From an uncultured Solirubrobacterales bacterium (GTDB taxonomy: Bacteria > Actinomycetota > Thermoleophilia > Solirubrobacterales > 70-9), in NCBI GenBank assembly GCA_963722175.1, contig CAVRKA010000001.1:117555-181554 (forward strand): 64,000 nucleotides of DNA, written 5' to 3'. The notes under the pieces are model-generated. The model saw only the letters and a list, made by a program, of their open reading frames with translations. It searched no databases and was not told the DNA's origin. Below, one piece after another: positions 1 through 8,117 of the stretch. The translations under genes were made by a program, and so were the position numbers. Within the stretch, counting starts at the first letter, position 1; each line of letters starts with the position of its first letter.

Positions 1-646
1 AGCGTGGCGCCGGTGTCGGGCCCGAACGGCGGCTGATCGAGATCGAGAAGCGGCCGGTGGTGTCGCCAAGCAATCGCTCGGCCTCGACGAGGTCGTCGGG
101 GGTGTTGACGTTGAAGAAGATCCGCTCCGGGTCGCCGAACCGTGCGACCCGGTCCTCGGCGATCACGTAGGGGTTGAGTGCGGCGACCGCGTCGCGCATC
201 GACGCCCCGGCGTCGAGCGACTCTTGGAGCGGTTCGGAGACCTCGGGCGAGTAGCGGCCGAGCAGTGGTTCGAGCCGGCCGCCGATCTCGCAGACCGCGA
301 CCGGCTCCTCGAGCTGCGCGAGCCAGGTGAGCAGCTTCGACGGCACCAGCGGCATGTCGCAGGCGACCGCGACCACGCCGCGGCCGGCGCTGGCGCCGAG
401 GGCGGTGACGATCCCGGTCAGCGGATGGTGCGGCTCCGAGGGCTCGCTGAGCACGCGACAGTCGAGCTTCGGCAGCACCGAGTCGGGTTTCGCGACCACG
501 ACCGGGTCGAGGCCGGCCGAGCCCACCGTGCTGACGACACGGGAGACGAGCGGGCGGCTGGCAAGCTCGACGATCGCCTTCGGGCTGCCCATGCGGGTGC
601 TCAGCCCTCCAGCTAATACTGCGCCGACGGTCACGGGACGTTTCAC
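1..646 (-). CDS. mobA: Molybdenum cofactor guanylyltransferase MobA (3' end runs off the window)
   Basis: Manual reverse translation from GTG at 646 gives VKRPVTVGAVLAGGLSTRMGSPKAIVELASRPL...VACDMPLV...FFNVNTPDDL. It has the LAGGxSxRMG nucleotide-binding motif and the DMP motif of MobA. No stop occurs before position 1. It is divergent from moeA. Confidence 0.75.
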   Translation of the reverse strand, partial: MKRPVTVGAVLAGGLSTRMGSPKAIVELASRPLVSRVVSTVGSAGLDPVVVAKPDSVLPKLDCRVLSEPSEPHHPLTGIVTALGASAGRGVVAVACDMPLVPSKLLTWLAQLEEPVAVCEIGGRLEPLLGRYSPEVSEPLQESLDAGASMRDAVAALNPYVIAEDRVARFGDPERIFFNVNTPDDLVEAERLLGDTTGRFSISISRRSGPTPAPR

Positions 647-685
647 ATACCCAGTCTCTCACCGGATTAGGCTCCGGCGGAGGAA

Positions 686-1906
686 ATGTCGGTTGAGCCG
701 CTGGAGATCGAGGAGGCCCGCGGGCTGGTGCTCGGCCGGACGACAGCGCTCGGCGCGGAGCGGGTCGGCGTGCGCGAGGCGTTGGGGCGGGTCCTCGCCG
801 AGGACGTGACCAGCGCCGAGCCCGTGCCCGGTTTCGACAACTCGGCGATGGACGGCTACGCCGTCCGCGCCGGCGACACGACCGGCGCGGGCACCGGTGA
901 CCGGCCGGTCCGCCTGACCGTCGTCGACGAGTCGCGCGCCGGGCACCCGGCTGTTCGTGCGCTCGCCGGGGGTGAGGCGATCGCGATCTCGACCGGGGCG
1001 ATGATGCCCGACGGCGCTGACGCCGTCGTCCGGGTCGAGGACACGGACGGTGGGGGGGCGGAGGTCGAGGTCAGGGCCGAGGTCGAACCGGGCAAGGACA
1101 TCCGCCGCTCCGGCGAGGACATCGAGGCGGGGTACACGGTGCTTCGCGCCGGCGCCGAGCTCGGCCCCGCCGCGGTCGGCGTGCTTGCCTCGGTCGGCCG
1201 CTCGGAGGTGGCGTGCGCGGTGCGGCCGCGGGCGACTGTGCTGACCACCGGCGACGAGCTTCAGGAGCCGGGAGGGCCGCTGCGGCCGGGAGCGATCCGC
1301 AACTCGAATGCCCACTCGGTCGCGGCGCTGGTCGAGCGCGCCGGCGCCGAGCTGCTCGGCGCCGAGATCGTCGCCGATGATCTCGAGACCACGACGCGGG
1401 CGCTGGCGGCGGCGCTCGAGGGCGACCTGGTCGTCGTCTGCGGGGGCGTCTCCGTCGGCGAGCACGACCACGTCCGCCCGGCGGCCGCCGGGCTCGGGGT
1501 CGAGCAGGTCTTCTGGCGGGTCGCGCTGCGGCCGGGAGCACCCACTTACTTCGGCGTGGCGCCGTCCGGGGCGCTGGTGTTCGGCCTCCCGGGCAACCCG
1601 GTCTCCGCGATCGTCACCTTCCTGCTCTTCGCGCGCCCGGCGATCCGGGCGATGATGGGGGCGGCCGATGAGCGGCGGCGCGCGCAGGCCACGCTGGCCG
1701 CGGACCATCCCGCGCTTGCCAAGCGCACGCAGCTCGTGCGTTGCCGGCTGGAGCTTGGCGATGAAGGGTGGCTCGCCCACCCGACCGGCCCCCAGGGCTC
1801 GCACGTGCTCACCTCGATGCTCGACGCCGACGCGCTCGCGATCCTGCCCCCGGCCGATGCGCCATATCCGGCCGGGACTCGGGTCGAGATCGAGCTCCTC
1901 CCGTAG
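686..1906 (+). CDS. moeA: Molybdopterin molybdenumtransferase MoeA
   Basis: 406-aa ORF. N-terminus ...VPGFDNSAMDGYAVRAGD... and C-terminal ...FGLPGNPVSA... are typical MoeA motifs. Confidence 0.9.
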   Translation: MSVEPLEIEEARGLVLGRTTALGAERVGVREALGRVLAEDVTSAEPVPGFDNSAMDGYAVRAGDTTGAGTGDRPVRLTVVDESRAGHPAVRALAGGEAIAISTGAMMPDGADAVVRVEDTDGGGAEVEVRAEVEPGKDIRRSGEDIEAGYTVLRAGAELGPAAVGVLASVGRSEVACAVRPRATVLTTGDELQEPGGPLRPGAIRNSNAHSVAALVERAGAELLGAEIVADDLETTTRALAAALEGDLVVVCGGVSVGEHDHVRPAAAGLGVEQVFWRVALRPGAPTYFGVAPSGALVFGLPGNPVSAIVTFLLFARPAIRAMMGAADERRRAQATLAADHPALAKRTQLVRCRLELGDEGWLAHPTGPQGSHVLTSMLDADALAILPPADAPYPAGTRVEIELLP

Positions 1907-1956
1907 GGGCTCGCCGGGGGGAAACGCCCACCTCTACCCAGCCCTACGATTGCCAT

Positions 1957-3105
1957 ATGGAAGTCGAGGTTCGGTTGTTTGCGGTCTTCCGGGAGCGGGC
2001 CGGGCGCGACCGGCTGGCGCTGGAGCTCCCCGAGGGGGCGACGGTCGCCGACGCGCTCGCCGCGGCGGCGCGCGAGCCCGGGCTCGGCGAGCTGCTGCCG
2101 AGGATGCCGGCCCGGGTCGCGGTCAACCACGAGTACGCGAGCGAGGACGCGGTGATCGAGGCCGGCGACGAGCTGGCGCTGATCCCGCCGGTGAGCGGCG
2201 GCGCGACCGCGCCCGCGCCCGTGCGGGTCACCGACGAACCGCTGTCGATCATCAACCTCGCGAACTCGGTCGGCCGCCCGGGCGCCGGCGCGGTGGTCGT
2301 CTTCTGCGGCGTCACCCGCGCGGTCGAGCGGCTCGAGTACGAGGCCTACGGCGAGATGGCCGAGCAGCGGATCGCCGCGATCCTCGACGAGTGCACCGCG
2401 CGGCACGGGCTCGAGGCCGCCGCGGCCGAGCATCGGGTCGGCTCGGTGCCGCTCGGCGAGCCGAGCGTCGTCGTCGCCGTTTCGGCCGCCCACCGCGAGG
2501 AGGCGTTCGCCGGCGCCCGCGAGGCGATCGACCGGATCAAGGCCGAGGCGCCGATCTGGAAGCGCGAGGTCGACGGCGGCGAAGGCGCGTGGGTGGAGGG
2601 CACGACGCCGCCGGTGGGCGAGGAGCCCCCGAGGCTGACCCACCTCGACGACGCCGGCAGCGCCCGGATGGTCGACGTCGGCGACAAGGACGAGACGCAG
2701 CGCCGGGCCCGCGCCGAGGCGCGGTTGCGGATGTCGCCGGAGACCGCGGCGGCGCTCGCGCGCGGCGACGCGCCAAAGGGCGACGTGCTCGGCACCGCGC
2801 GGATCGCCGGGATCGGGGCGGCCAAGCGGACCGGCGAGCTGATCCCGCTCGCCCACCCGCTGGCGCTCGACTTCATCGACGTCGAGGGCGCGGTCGACGT
2901 CGAGGCGGGACTGGTGCGGCTGTCGGCCACGGCCGGGATCACGGCGCGAACCGGGGTCGAGATGGAGGCGATGACCGCCTGCGCCGTCGCGGCGCTGACG
3001 GTCTACGACATGGTCAAGGGGCTCGAGCGCGGGGTCTCGATCGAGGCGATCGAGCTGGTGGAGAAGAGCGGCGGGCGCAGCGGCGAGTGGCGGAGGGAGG
3101 AATGA
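1957..3105 (+). CDS. Fused MoaD-MoaE-MoaC protein (molybdopterin synthase small and large subunits plus cyclic pyranopterin monophosphate synthase)
   Basis: ATG at 1957 inside ORF 1768..3105. The MoaD-like module is MEVEVRLFAVFRE...LIPPVSGG. The MoaE-like module is ...VVVFCGVTR...EAPIWKREV. The MoaC-like module is ...LTHLDDAGSARMVDVGDK...LIPLAHPL...TGVEMEAMTA...DMVKG. No stop separates the modules. Confidence 0.85.
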   Translation: MEVEVRLFAVFRERAGRDRLALELPEGATVADALAAAAREPGLGELLPRMPARVAVNHEYASEDAVIEAGDELALIPPVSGGATAPAPVRVTDEPLSIINLANSVGRPGAGAVVVFCGVTRAVERLEYEAYGEMAEQRIAAILDECTARHGLEAAAAEHRVGSVPLGEPSVVVAVSAAHREEAFAGAREAIDRIKAEAPIWKREVDGGEGAWVEGTTPPVGEEPPRLTHLDDAGSARMVDVGDKDETQRRARAEARLRMSPETAAALARGDAPKGDVLGTARIAGIGAAKRTGELIPLAHPLALDFIDVEGAVDVEAGLVRLSATAGITARTGVEMEAMTACAVAALTVYDMVKGLERGVSIEAIELVEKSGGRSGEWRREE

Positions 3106-3602
3106 GCGGGGGAGAGGACGGCTTCCGCGCCGCCGTGATCGCCGTCTCGACCTCGAAGGCGCGCGGCGACGGCGAGGACGTGAGCGGGCCGGCGCTGGCC
3201 GCGTTCGCCGAGCGGCTCGGCGTCCACGTGGTCGGGGTCGAGGTGATCCCCGACGAGCGCGAGCTGATCGCCGGCCGGCTGCGCTTCTGGTGCGACGAGG
3301 GCGGCTGCGAGCTGGTGCTGACCACCGGCGGCACCGGGTTCTCGCTCGACGACGTCACCCCCGAGGCGACCCGCGACGCGATCGACCGGGAGGCCCCGGG
3401 CTTCGCCGAGGCGATGCGAGCCGCGTCGCGAGAGCACACCGAGATGTGGATGACCTCGCGCGGGGTCGCCGGGACCCGCGGCCGCTCGCTGATCGTCAAC
3501 TTCCCCGGCAACCCACCATCCATCGAGCAGGCCGGCGCCGCGCTCGAGAAGGCGATCCCGCACGCGCTCGGGCTGCTCGCCGGGAGGCGCCACCGCCACT
3601 AG
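3102..3602 (+). CDS. moaB: MoaB/MogA-family molybdenum cofactor biosynthesis protein
   Basis: ATG at 3102 overlaps the previous stop (ATGA). Sequence ...LVLTTGGTGFSLDDVTPEAT...IVNFPGNP... is the MoCF_biosynth domain signature. Confidence 0.8.
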   Translation: MSGGEDGFRAAVIAVSTSKARGDGEDVSGPALAAFAERLGVHVVGVEVIPDERELIAGRLRFWCDEGGCELVLTTGGTGFSLDDVTPEATRDAIDREAPGFAEAMRAASREHTEMWMTSRGVAGTRGRSLIVNFPGNPPSIEQAGAALEKAIPHALGLLAGRRHRH

Positions 3603-4822
3603 GCCGCAGTGGCCTCCCAGCGCAGCGGCAGCTCGTCGAGCCCGTAGACGCCGTGCACCGAGTCGTAGGCGGGCTCGCCGTCGAGGACGAGATCCGGCAT
3701 CCGCGGCGCCAGGTAGGCGAGCGCCTGCTCGAGCTCGGCACGCGCGAGGTTCGCCCCGAGGCAGTAGTGGACCCCGGCGCCGAAGGTCAGCGCCCGCTTG
3801 CCGGCGTCGGGGCGGGTGATGTCGAACCCGGCGCCGCCGCCCGCCTCGTCCCGGTTCGCCTGGTGCGCGCAGACGAGCACGATCGTCCCCTCGGGGAAGG
3901 TGACGCTGCGGTGCTCGAACTCCTCGAGGACGATCCTCGCCGTGAACGGGGTCACCGGCGCGACCCTGATCACCTCCGAGACGGCGTTGGCCGCGCGCTC
4001 GGGCTCGCGCGCGAGCAGCGCCCACTGCTCGGGGTGGGCGGCGAACAGCCGCAGCGCGTGCGCGAGCTGCGACTGGGTCGTGTCGACGCCGCCGACGAGG
4101 ACGTTGAGGACGAGGTTGCGAAGCTCGGCGTCGTCGAGGCGGTCGTCGCCGTCGCGGGCCGCGGTCAGCGTCGAGAGCAGGTCCTCGCCGGGCGCCGCGC
4201 GCTTCTGGGCGATCAGGACGTCGAGATAGCCATAGAGCTCCTCGCAGGCGCGCTCGACCTCGTCCCGGTGCTGCATCAGGGTCGGGCCGTCGAACTGGAG
4301 CTGGATCCACCGTGACCACGTCGCGAGCCGGTCCGCGTCCGCGATCGGGGCGCCGACCACGGTCGCGATCGTCATCGCCGGATACGGCTTGGTCAGCGCG
4401 GCGACCGCCTCGCAGCCGGCCCCGTCGATCGCCTCGAACAGCTCGGCGATGAACCCGCTCATCACCGGTCGCCAGCGATCGGCGGCCTTCGGCGTGAACG
4501 CCGGGTTGACGAGGCCGCGCAGCCGCCGGTGGTCGTCGCCGTCGATGTGGAGGATGTTGCGGGCCACCTCCTCGCCGAGCGCGCCCGACTTCATCTCGAA
4601 CATCTCGGCCAGCGCCTTGCCGGGGAAGGTCGCCTGCTTCGAGCGCAGGAAGTGCTCGCCCGACTCGCGATCGAGGACGACGTAGCCGAGCTTCCCGCGC
4701 ACGATCCAGCTCTGCGCCGCCAGCTCCGCCATCCGGCGGTCGAACTCGGGCCCGCGCAGGGTCGGATCGAGCTCGTCGTACTCGGGCAGCTCCAGCTCGG
4801 CGAGGGCCGCGGCGCTCATCAC
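3599..4822 (-). CDS. Cytochrome P450
   Basis: 407-aa ORF with heme-binding loop FGAGVHYCLGANLAR (FxxGxxxCxG) and an ...GGVDTT... I-helix-like motif. Confidence 0.9.
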   Translation of the reverse strand: MMSAAALAELELPEYDELDPTLRGPEFDRRMAELAAQSWIVRGKLGYVVLDRESGEHFLRSKQATFPGKALAEMFEMKSGALGEEVARNILHIDGDDHRRLRGLVNPAFTPKAADRWRPVMSGFIAELFEAIDGAGCEAVAALTKPYPAMTIATVVGAPIADADRLATWSRWIQLQFDGPTLMQHRDEVERACEELYGYLDVLIAQKRAAPGEDLLSTLTAARDGDDRLDDAELRNLVLNVLVGGVDTTQSQLAHALRLFAAHPEQWALLAREPERAANAVSEVIRVAPVTPFTARIVLEEFEHRSVTFPEGTIVLVCAHQANRDEAGGGAGFDITRPDAGKRALTFGAGVHYCLGANLARAELEQALAYLAPRMPDLVLDGEPAYDSVHGVYGLDELPLRWEATAA

Positions 4823-4860
4823 CCCGTATCTTGCCGCAGCGCCGTCGCTACGCTCGACCG

Positions 4861-5340
4861 ATGAGCGACCCCGGTGCCGATCGGACTCCGACCCTGTTCG
4901 AGTGGGCCGGCGGCGAGGAGGCGGTGCGGCGGTTGATCGATGCGTTCTACGACCGCGTCGAGCGTGACGGGCTGCTGTCGCCGTTCTTCCCGGGCGGCGT
5001 CCACGAGCAGCACCGCGACCATGTCACCGCGTGGTGGTCGGAGGTCTTCGGCGGCCCGCCCCGCTACACGGATGAGCTCGGCGGCTACGAGTCGATGCTC
5101 GCCCACCACCGCGACCTCGGGATCACCGCGGAGGCCCGGCACCGCTTCGCGTCCCTGTTCAGCCTGGCCGCCGATGACGCCGGGCTCCCCGACGACCCGG
5201 AGTTCCGCTCCGCCCTGGTCGCCTACCTCGAGTGGGGCACGCGGCTCGCGGTCCACAACTCGCAGCCGGGTGCCGAGGTCGCCCCCCAGGCCCCGGTGCC
5301 GCGCTGGGGATGGGGCGAGGCGCCTCCCTACCAGCCGTGA
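4861..5340 (+). CDS. Globin-like / truncated hemoglobin family protein
   Basis: Internal ATG at 4861 of ORF 4831..5340. TLFEWAGGEEAVRRLIDAFYDRV...FGGPPRY...HRDLGI resembles the truncated-hemoglobin fold pattern. Confidence 0.6.
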   Translation: MSDPGADRTPTLFEWAGGEEAVRRLIDAFYDRVERDGLLSPFFPGGVHEQHRDHVTAWWSEVFGGPPRYTDELGGYESMLAHHRDLGITAEARHRFASLFSLAADDAGLPDDPEFRSALVAYLEWGTRLAVHNSQPGAEVAPQAPVPRWGWGEAPPYQP

Positions 5341-5343
5341 CCG

Positions 5344-5610
5344 ATGCGCACCGGCCGCTACACATTTCCCTACGTCACCTACGACCCGCCCAGCGACGTG
5401 CTCTACGCGCGGATCACCCAGGGCCGCGACGCGTCGCGCGAGCGCACCGAGGAGGGGGACGTGTGGACGTTCGACTCCGACGGACGGCCGACCGGGATGA
5501 TCGTCGTCGAGCCGCGCCTGCGCTTCGCCCGCGACGGCGCCGTCTACGTCACCCTGCCGACCGGTGAGCGCGAGCGGCTCCAGGGGGTCGAGGCCGCGAT
5601 GCGGCCCTGA
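5344..5610 (+). CDS. Small hypothetical protein (DUF2283-like)
   Basis: 88-aa ORF. YDPPSDVLYARI...D..GRPTGMIVVEP resembles the YDxxxDxLYI pattern of DUF2283. The assignment is weak. Confidence 0.4.
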   Translation: MRTGRYTFPYVTYDPPSDVLYARITQGRDASRERTEEGDVWTFDSDGRPTGMIVVEPRLRFARDGAVYVTLPTGERERLQGVEAAMRP

Positions 5611-5611
5611 G

Positions 5612-6094
5612 CTACTTCACGCCCTTCAGGCAGATCAGGCTGGTGTCGACCTGGAACACCGGCCGCGGCGATGACGCGGCGGCCGCGTCGTCGAGCGCGA
5701 GCAGAACGTGGAACTTCTTCGGCGACTGCACGTATGAGCCCTGGAGGTAGACGTCGGTGCTGCGCGGGAAGGCGCCGCCGTTGATCACCTTCGAGCACCC
5801 CGGTCCCTTCAGGGTCAGGTCGATGTAAGGGCCGAAGCCACCGGCGGCGATGTCCGCGGTGTTGATCGTCGTCGGCGTGCTGCTCTGGAGGTAGACGACC
5901 TCTGGCTTGCGCGTCGCGCCGCCGCCGCCGGCCTGCGCGCGTGCGGCGATCGCCCGTTCCTTGTTGAGCTCGACGGTCAGCGACGAGTACTGCGGCCGCG
6001 AGTCGGCCCCCGTGCTGAAGGCCGTGCCGGCCGCGAACGCCGTCCCTGCCACCGCGGTGAGGGCGACGAGTCCCATGATCCACTTCCTGCTCAT
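5612..6094 (-). CDS. Secreted hypothetical protein
   Basis: 160-aa ORF with N-terminal signal-like segment MSRKWIMGLVALTAVAGTAFAAG. No recognisable domain. It is divergent from the ECF sigma gene. Confidence 0.5.
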   Translation of the reverse strand: MSRKWIMGLVALTAVAGTAFAAGTAFSTGADSRPQYSSLTVELNKERAIAARAQAGGGGATRKPEVVYLQSSTPTTINTADIAAGGFGPYIDLTLKGPGCSKVINGGAFPRSTDVYLQGSYVQSPKKFHVLLALDDAAAASSPRPVFQVDTSLICLKGVK

Positions 6095-6254
6095 TCGTCA
6101 TTCCTCCATTCGACCTGGGCTTTCGGCTGAGTCTATGAATGCAACACAGCGGGCCGGCGATCCGCTCGCCCGGCCCGGCTGATCGAGCTGCAGTCCAGCG
6201 GCCGCGGCCTCGGCTCACGAATACGCTCGTTTCGACGTTTCAAGATCGACAGCA

Positions 6255-6770
6255 GTGAGCGCCACCGCGACAAGCAGAGCCGCTGTGCGGCCCCCGTTCC
6301 AGCAGTTCCTCGACGCGCACCGCCGAGCGGTGCTCGCGTTCCTGCGGGCGATGGTCGGTCACCACGACGCCGAGGACTGCTTTCAGGAGACGTTCCTGGC
6401 CGCGCTGCGCGCCTACGAGCGCATGGACGGCGCCCACCCGCGCGCCTGGGTGATGACGATCGCGCGCCGCAAGGCGATCGACCACCACCGCGCGCGGGCG
6501 CGCCGGCCGGAGCCCAGCGAACGGCTGCCCGAGGTCGCAGCGCCCGACCAGAACGGGCGCCTCGGCGACCTCGACGGCGCGGTCTGGGCCGCGGTCGCCG
6601 AGCTCGGCGAGGCCCAGCGCGCGGCGGTTGCGCTCCGCTATGCGGCCGACCTGCCCTACCGGGAGATCGGCACCGCGCTCGACTGCAGCGAGGAGGCGGC
6701 CCGCAAGCGCGTCTCCGATGGGCTGCGGGCGCTGCGAGAGACCATCGATCGAGAGGAGGCGAGGCGATGA
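6255..6770 (+). CDS. ECF-type RNA polymerase sigma factor
   Basis: 171 aa. The sigma-2 region is ...DAEDCFQETFLAALRAYERMD...WVMTIARRKAIDHHR. The sigma-4 HTH is ...RAAVALRYAADLPYREIGTALDCSEEAARKRVSDGLRALRE. Confidence 0.85.
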   Translation: MSATATSRAAVRPPFQQFLDAHRRAVLAFLRAMVGHHDAEDCFQETFLAALRAYERMDGAHPRAWVMTIARRKAIDHHRARARRPEPSERLPEVAAPDQNGRLGDLDGAVWAAVAELGEAQRAAVALRYAADLPYREIGTALDCSEEAARKRVSDGLRALRETIDREEARR

Positions 6771-7408
6771 GCCGAGTCGACACAAAGCGGATCACCGCGC
6801 TGCTCGGCGGCGGGCTCGAGGACGACGCCGCGGAAGCGGCGAAGCGACTCGTCGCCCGCGCCGACGCCGAGGGTCTGGTCGAGGTCGCCTACGGCAGCTT
6901 CGACTCGCCGCTCGGCACCGGGTACATCGCGGCGACCGAGCGCGGGATCGTCTCGATCAGCCTGCCGACCTTCGGCAGCGAGTCGTTCCTGGAGCACCTG
7001 ACCGAGATCTCGCCGCGCGTGCTCGAGGTCCCGGGGCGTCTCGACCGGGCGCGGCGCGAGCTCGACCAGTACTTCGAGGGCCGCCGGCGCGAGTTCGAGC
7101 TCGAGCTCGACTGGCGGCTGGTGCGCTCGGAGTTCGCGAGCCGCGTCCTGCACGAGACGGCGAGGGTCCCCTACGGGGTGACGACCAGCTACGGCGAGGT
7201 CGCCGCTCGCGCCGGCAACCCGCGGGCGTTCCGCGCCGCCGGGACGGCGCTCGGCCACAACCCGATCCCGATCGTCGTCCCCTGCCATCGCGTCCTCCGC
7301 GCGGGGGGAGTCCTCGGCAGCTACGGCGGCGGCCCCGAGATGAAGGCGTTCCTGCTGCGGCTGGAGGGCGCGCTGGCCGAGGAACCCACGCCGCAAGCGG
7401 CCGAGTAG
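6767..7408 (+). CDS. ogt: Methylated-DNA--protein-cysteine methyltransferase (Ogt/MGMT-like) with about 35-aa N-terminal extension
   Basis: 213 aa. The active-site motif IPIVVPCHRV is present, together with ...YGEVA...GNPRAFRAAG.A...NP. The start ATG overlaps the sigma factor stop (ATGA at 6767-6770). Confidence 0.85.
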   Translation: MSRVDTKRITALLGGGLEDDAAEAAKRLVARADAEGLVEVAYGSFDSPLGTGYIAATERGIVSISLPTFGSESFLEHLTEISPRVLEVPGRLDRARRELDQYFEGRRREFELELDWRLVRSEFASRVLHETARVPYGVTTSYGEVAARAGNPRAFRAAGTALGHNPIPIVVPCHRVLRAGGVLGSYGGGPEMKAFLLRLEGALAEEPTPQAAE

Positions 7409-7543
7409 ACACCGCGCACGCCCGGACGCGGAAGCAGAAAAAAATGTCCGCGGCGTAGCCGCGGACCATTGATTCGAGCGAGAGCGGAGGACGTGGCGCG
7501 AGTTATTCCAGACCGGCGCCGACGTCCGGGCGTGCGCGGTGTC
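7408..7543. repeat. 136-nt element bounded by perfect 21-nt inverted repeats
   Basis: GACACCGCGCACGCCCGGACG (7408-7428) is the exact reverse complement of CGTCCGGGCGTGCGCGGTGTC (7523-7543). The 94-nt interior is visibly less GC-rich. Confidence 0.7.
7436..7466 (-). terminator. Intrinsic-terminator-like hairpin plus U-run, read on the minus strand
   Basis: GTCCGCGG-CGTAG-CCGCGGAC (7446-7466) forms an 8-bp stem. On the minus strand it is followed by ATTTTTTTC (complement of the A7 run at 7438-7444). Confidence 0.5.
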
Positions 7544-7553
7544 GACTGTAATC

Positions 7554-7581
7554 TTGACAACGGGCCGTTGCCAACTAGGCT
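7554..7581 (+). promoter_or_regulatory. Sigma-70-like promoter giving a leaderless transcript for the HTH gene
   Basis: TTGACA (7554-7559), 16-nt spacer, TAGGCT (7576-7581). The ATG at 7589 lies 7 nt after the -10 element and has no Shine-Dalgarno sequence. Confidence 0.45.
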
Positions 7582-7588
7582 GCCAACT

Positions 7589-8071
7589 ATGCATGTCGAC
7601 CCGAACAGCCCGCATGCGAGGCTGACAAAACGCCAGCAGGAAGTCCTGGAGCGGCTCGAGCAGGGCATGGGGGCGAAGGAGATCGCCACCGACATCGGCA
7701 TCAGCCGCAACGCGGTCTATCAGCACATCGAGCGCCTGCGGAGGCAGGGGGCGCTCGCCCCGACGTACACACCGAGCGGCCAGCCACCGCGCCGCGTCGA
7801 GCCCGGAGCCGTTGCCCTCACCCCGAGCACGCCGCCGCGGGAGAGCTCACTCGCGCGCCTGCGCGAGCTCGCTCATTCCGGGGCGGCGCCCGACGAGCCC
7901 GAGTACGCGCGCGCGATCGAGGGCGCGATCGCCTCCGGCGACGCGGTCGGACTCGCCTATGAGCTCGGCCGCCTCGACGCGCTCGGCGAGGCCGGGTTGC
8001 CCGCCGATCTGGTCGAGTCGGCCCTGCGCCGGCTCTCGGTCCTATCGGCCCTCGATGTCACCGCCGAGTAG
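7589..8071 (+). CDS. LuxR/GerE-type HTH transcriptional regulator
   Basis: Internal ATG of ORF 7469..8071. LTKRQQEVLERLEQGMGAKEIATDIGISRNAVYQHIERLRRQ is a GerE-type HTH. The C-terminal about 100 aa are unassigned. Confidence 0.7.
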   Translation: MHVDPNSPHARLTKRQQEVLERLEQGMGAKEIATDIGISRNAVYQHIERLRRQGALAPTYTPSGQPPRRVEPGAVALTPSTPPRESSLARLRELAHSGAAPDEPEYARAIEGAIASGDAVGLAYELGRLDALGEAGLPADLVESALRRLSVLSALDVTAE

Positions 8072-8117
8072 GACATAATCGTCGCGAGTCACTTCGAAGG
8101 AGAGGTCTGGAGCTGAA

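Noticed and set aside
224-809. Plus-strand ORFs 224..616 and 327..809.
   Set aside because: They are antisense to, or out of frame with, the convincing mobA (minus) and moeA (plus) genes. Their compositions are Arg/Ala/Gly-rich with no motifs.
1052-1058. G7 homopolymer runs inside coding regions (moeA at 1052-1058, the mreD 3' end at 31914-31920, and the hypothetical gene at about 12544-12550) as possible frameshift or phase-variation sites.
   Set aside because: Reading frames are intact across all of them and protein similarity continues on both sides. Such runs are expected by chance at this base composition.
1907-1956. Possible Moco riboswitch upstream of the moaD-E-C fusion.
   Set aside because: The gap is only 50 nt, which is too short for the Moco RNA motif of about 130 nt, and it shows no obvious conserved stems.
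3599-3602. Convergent genes with overlapping stop codons: CTAG at moaB/P450, CTAA at obg/FG-GAP (41269-41272) and CTAA at MBL/MarR (58046-58049).
   Set aside because: The overlaps are real but most simply reflect genome compaction. There is no additional signal to suggest a specific mechanism.
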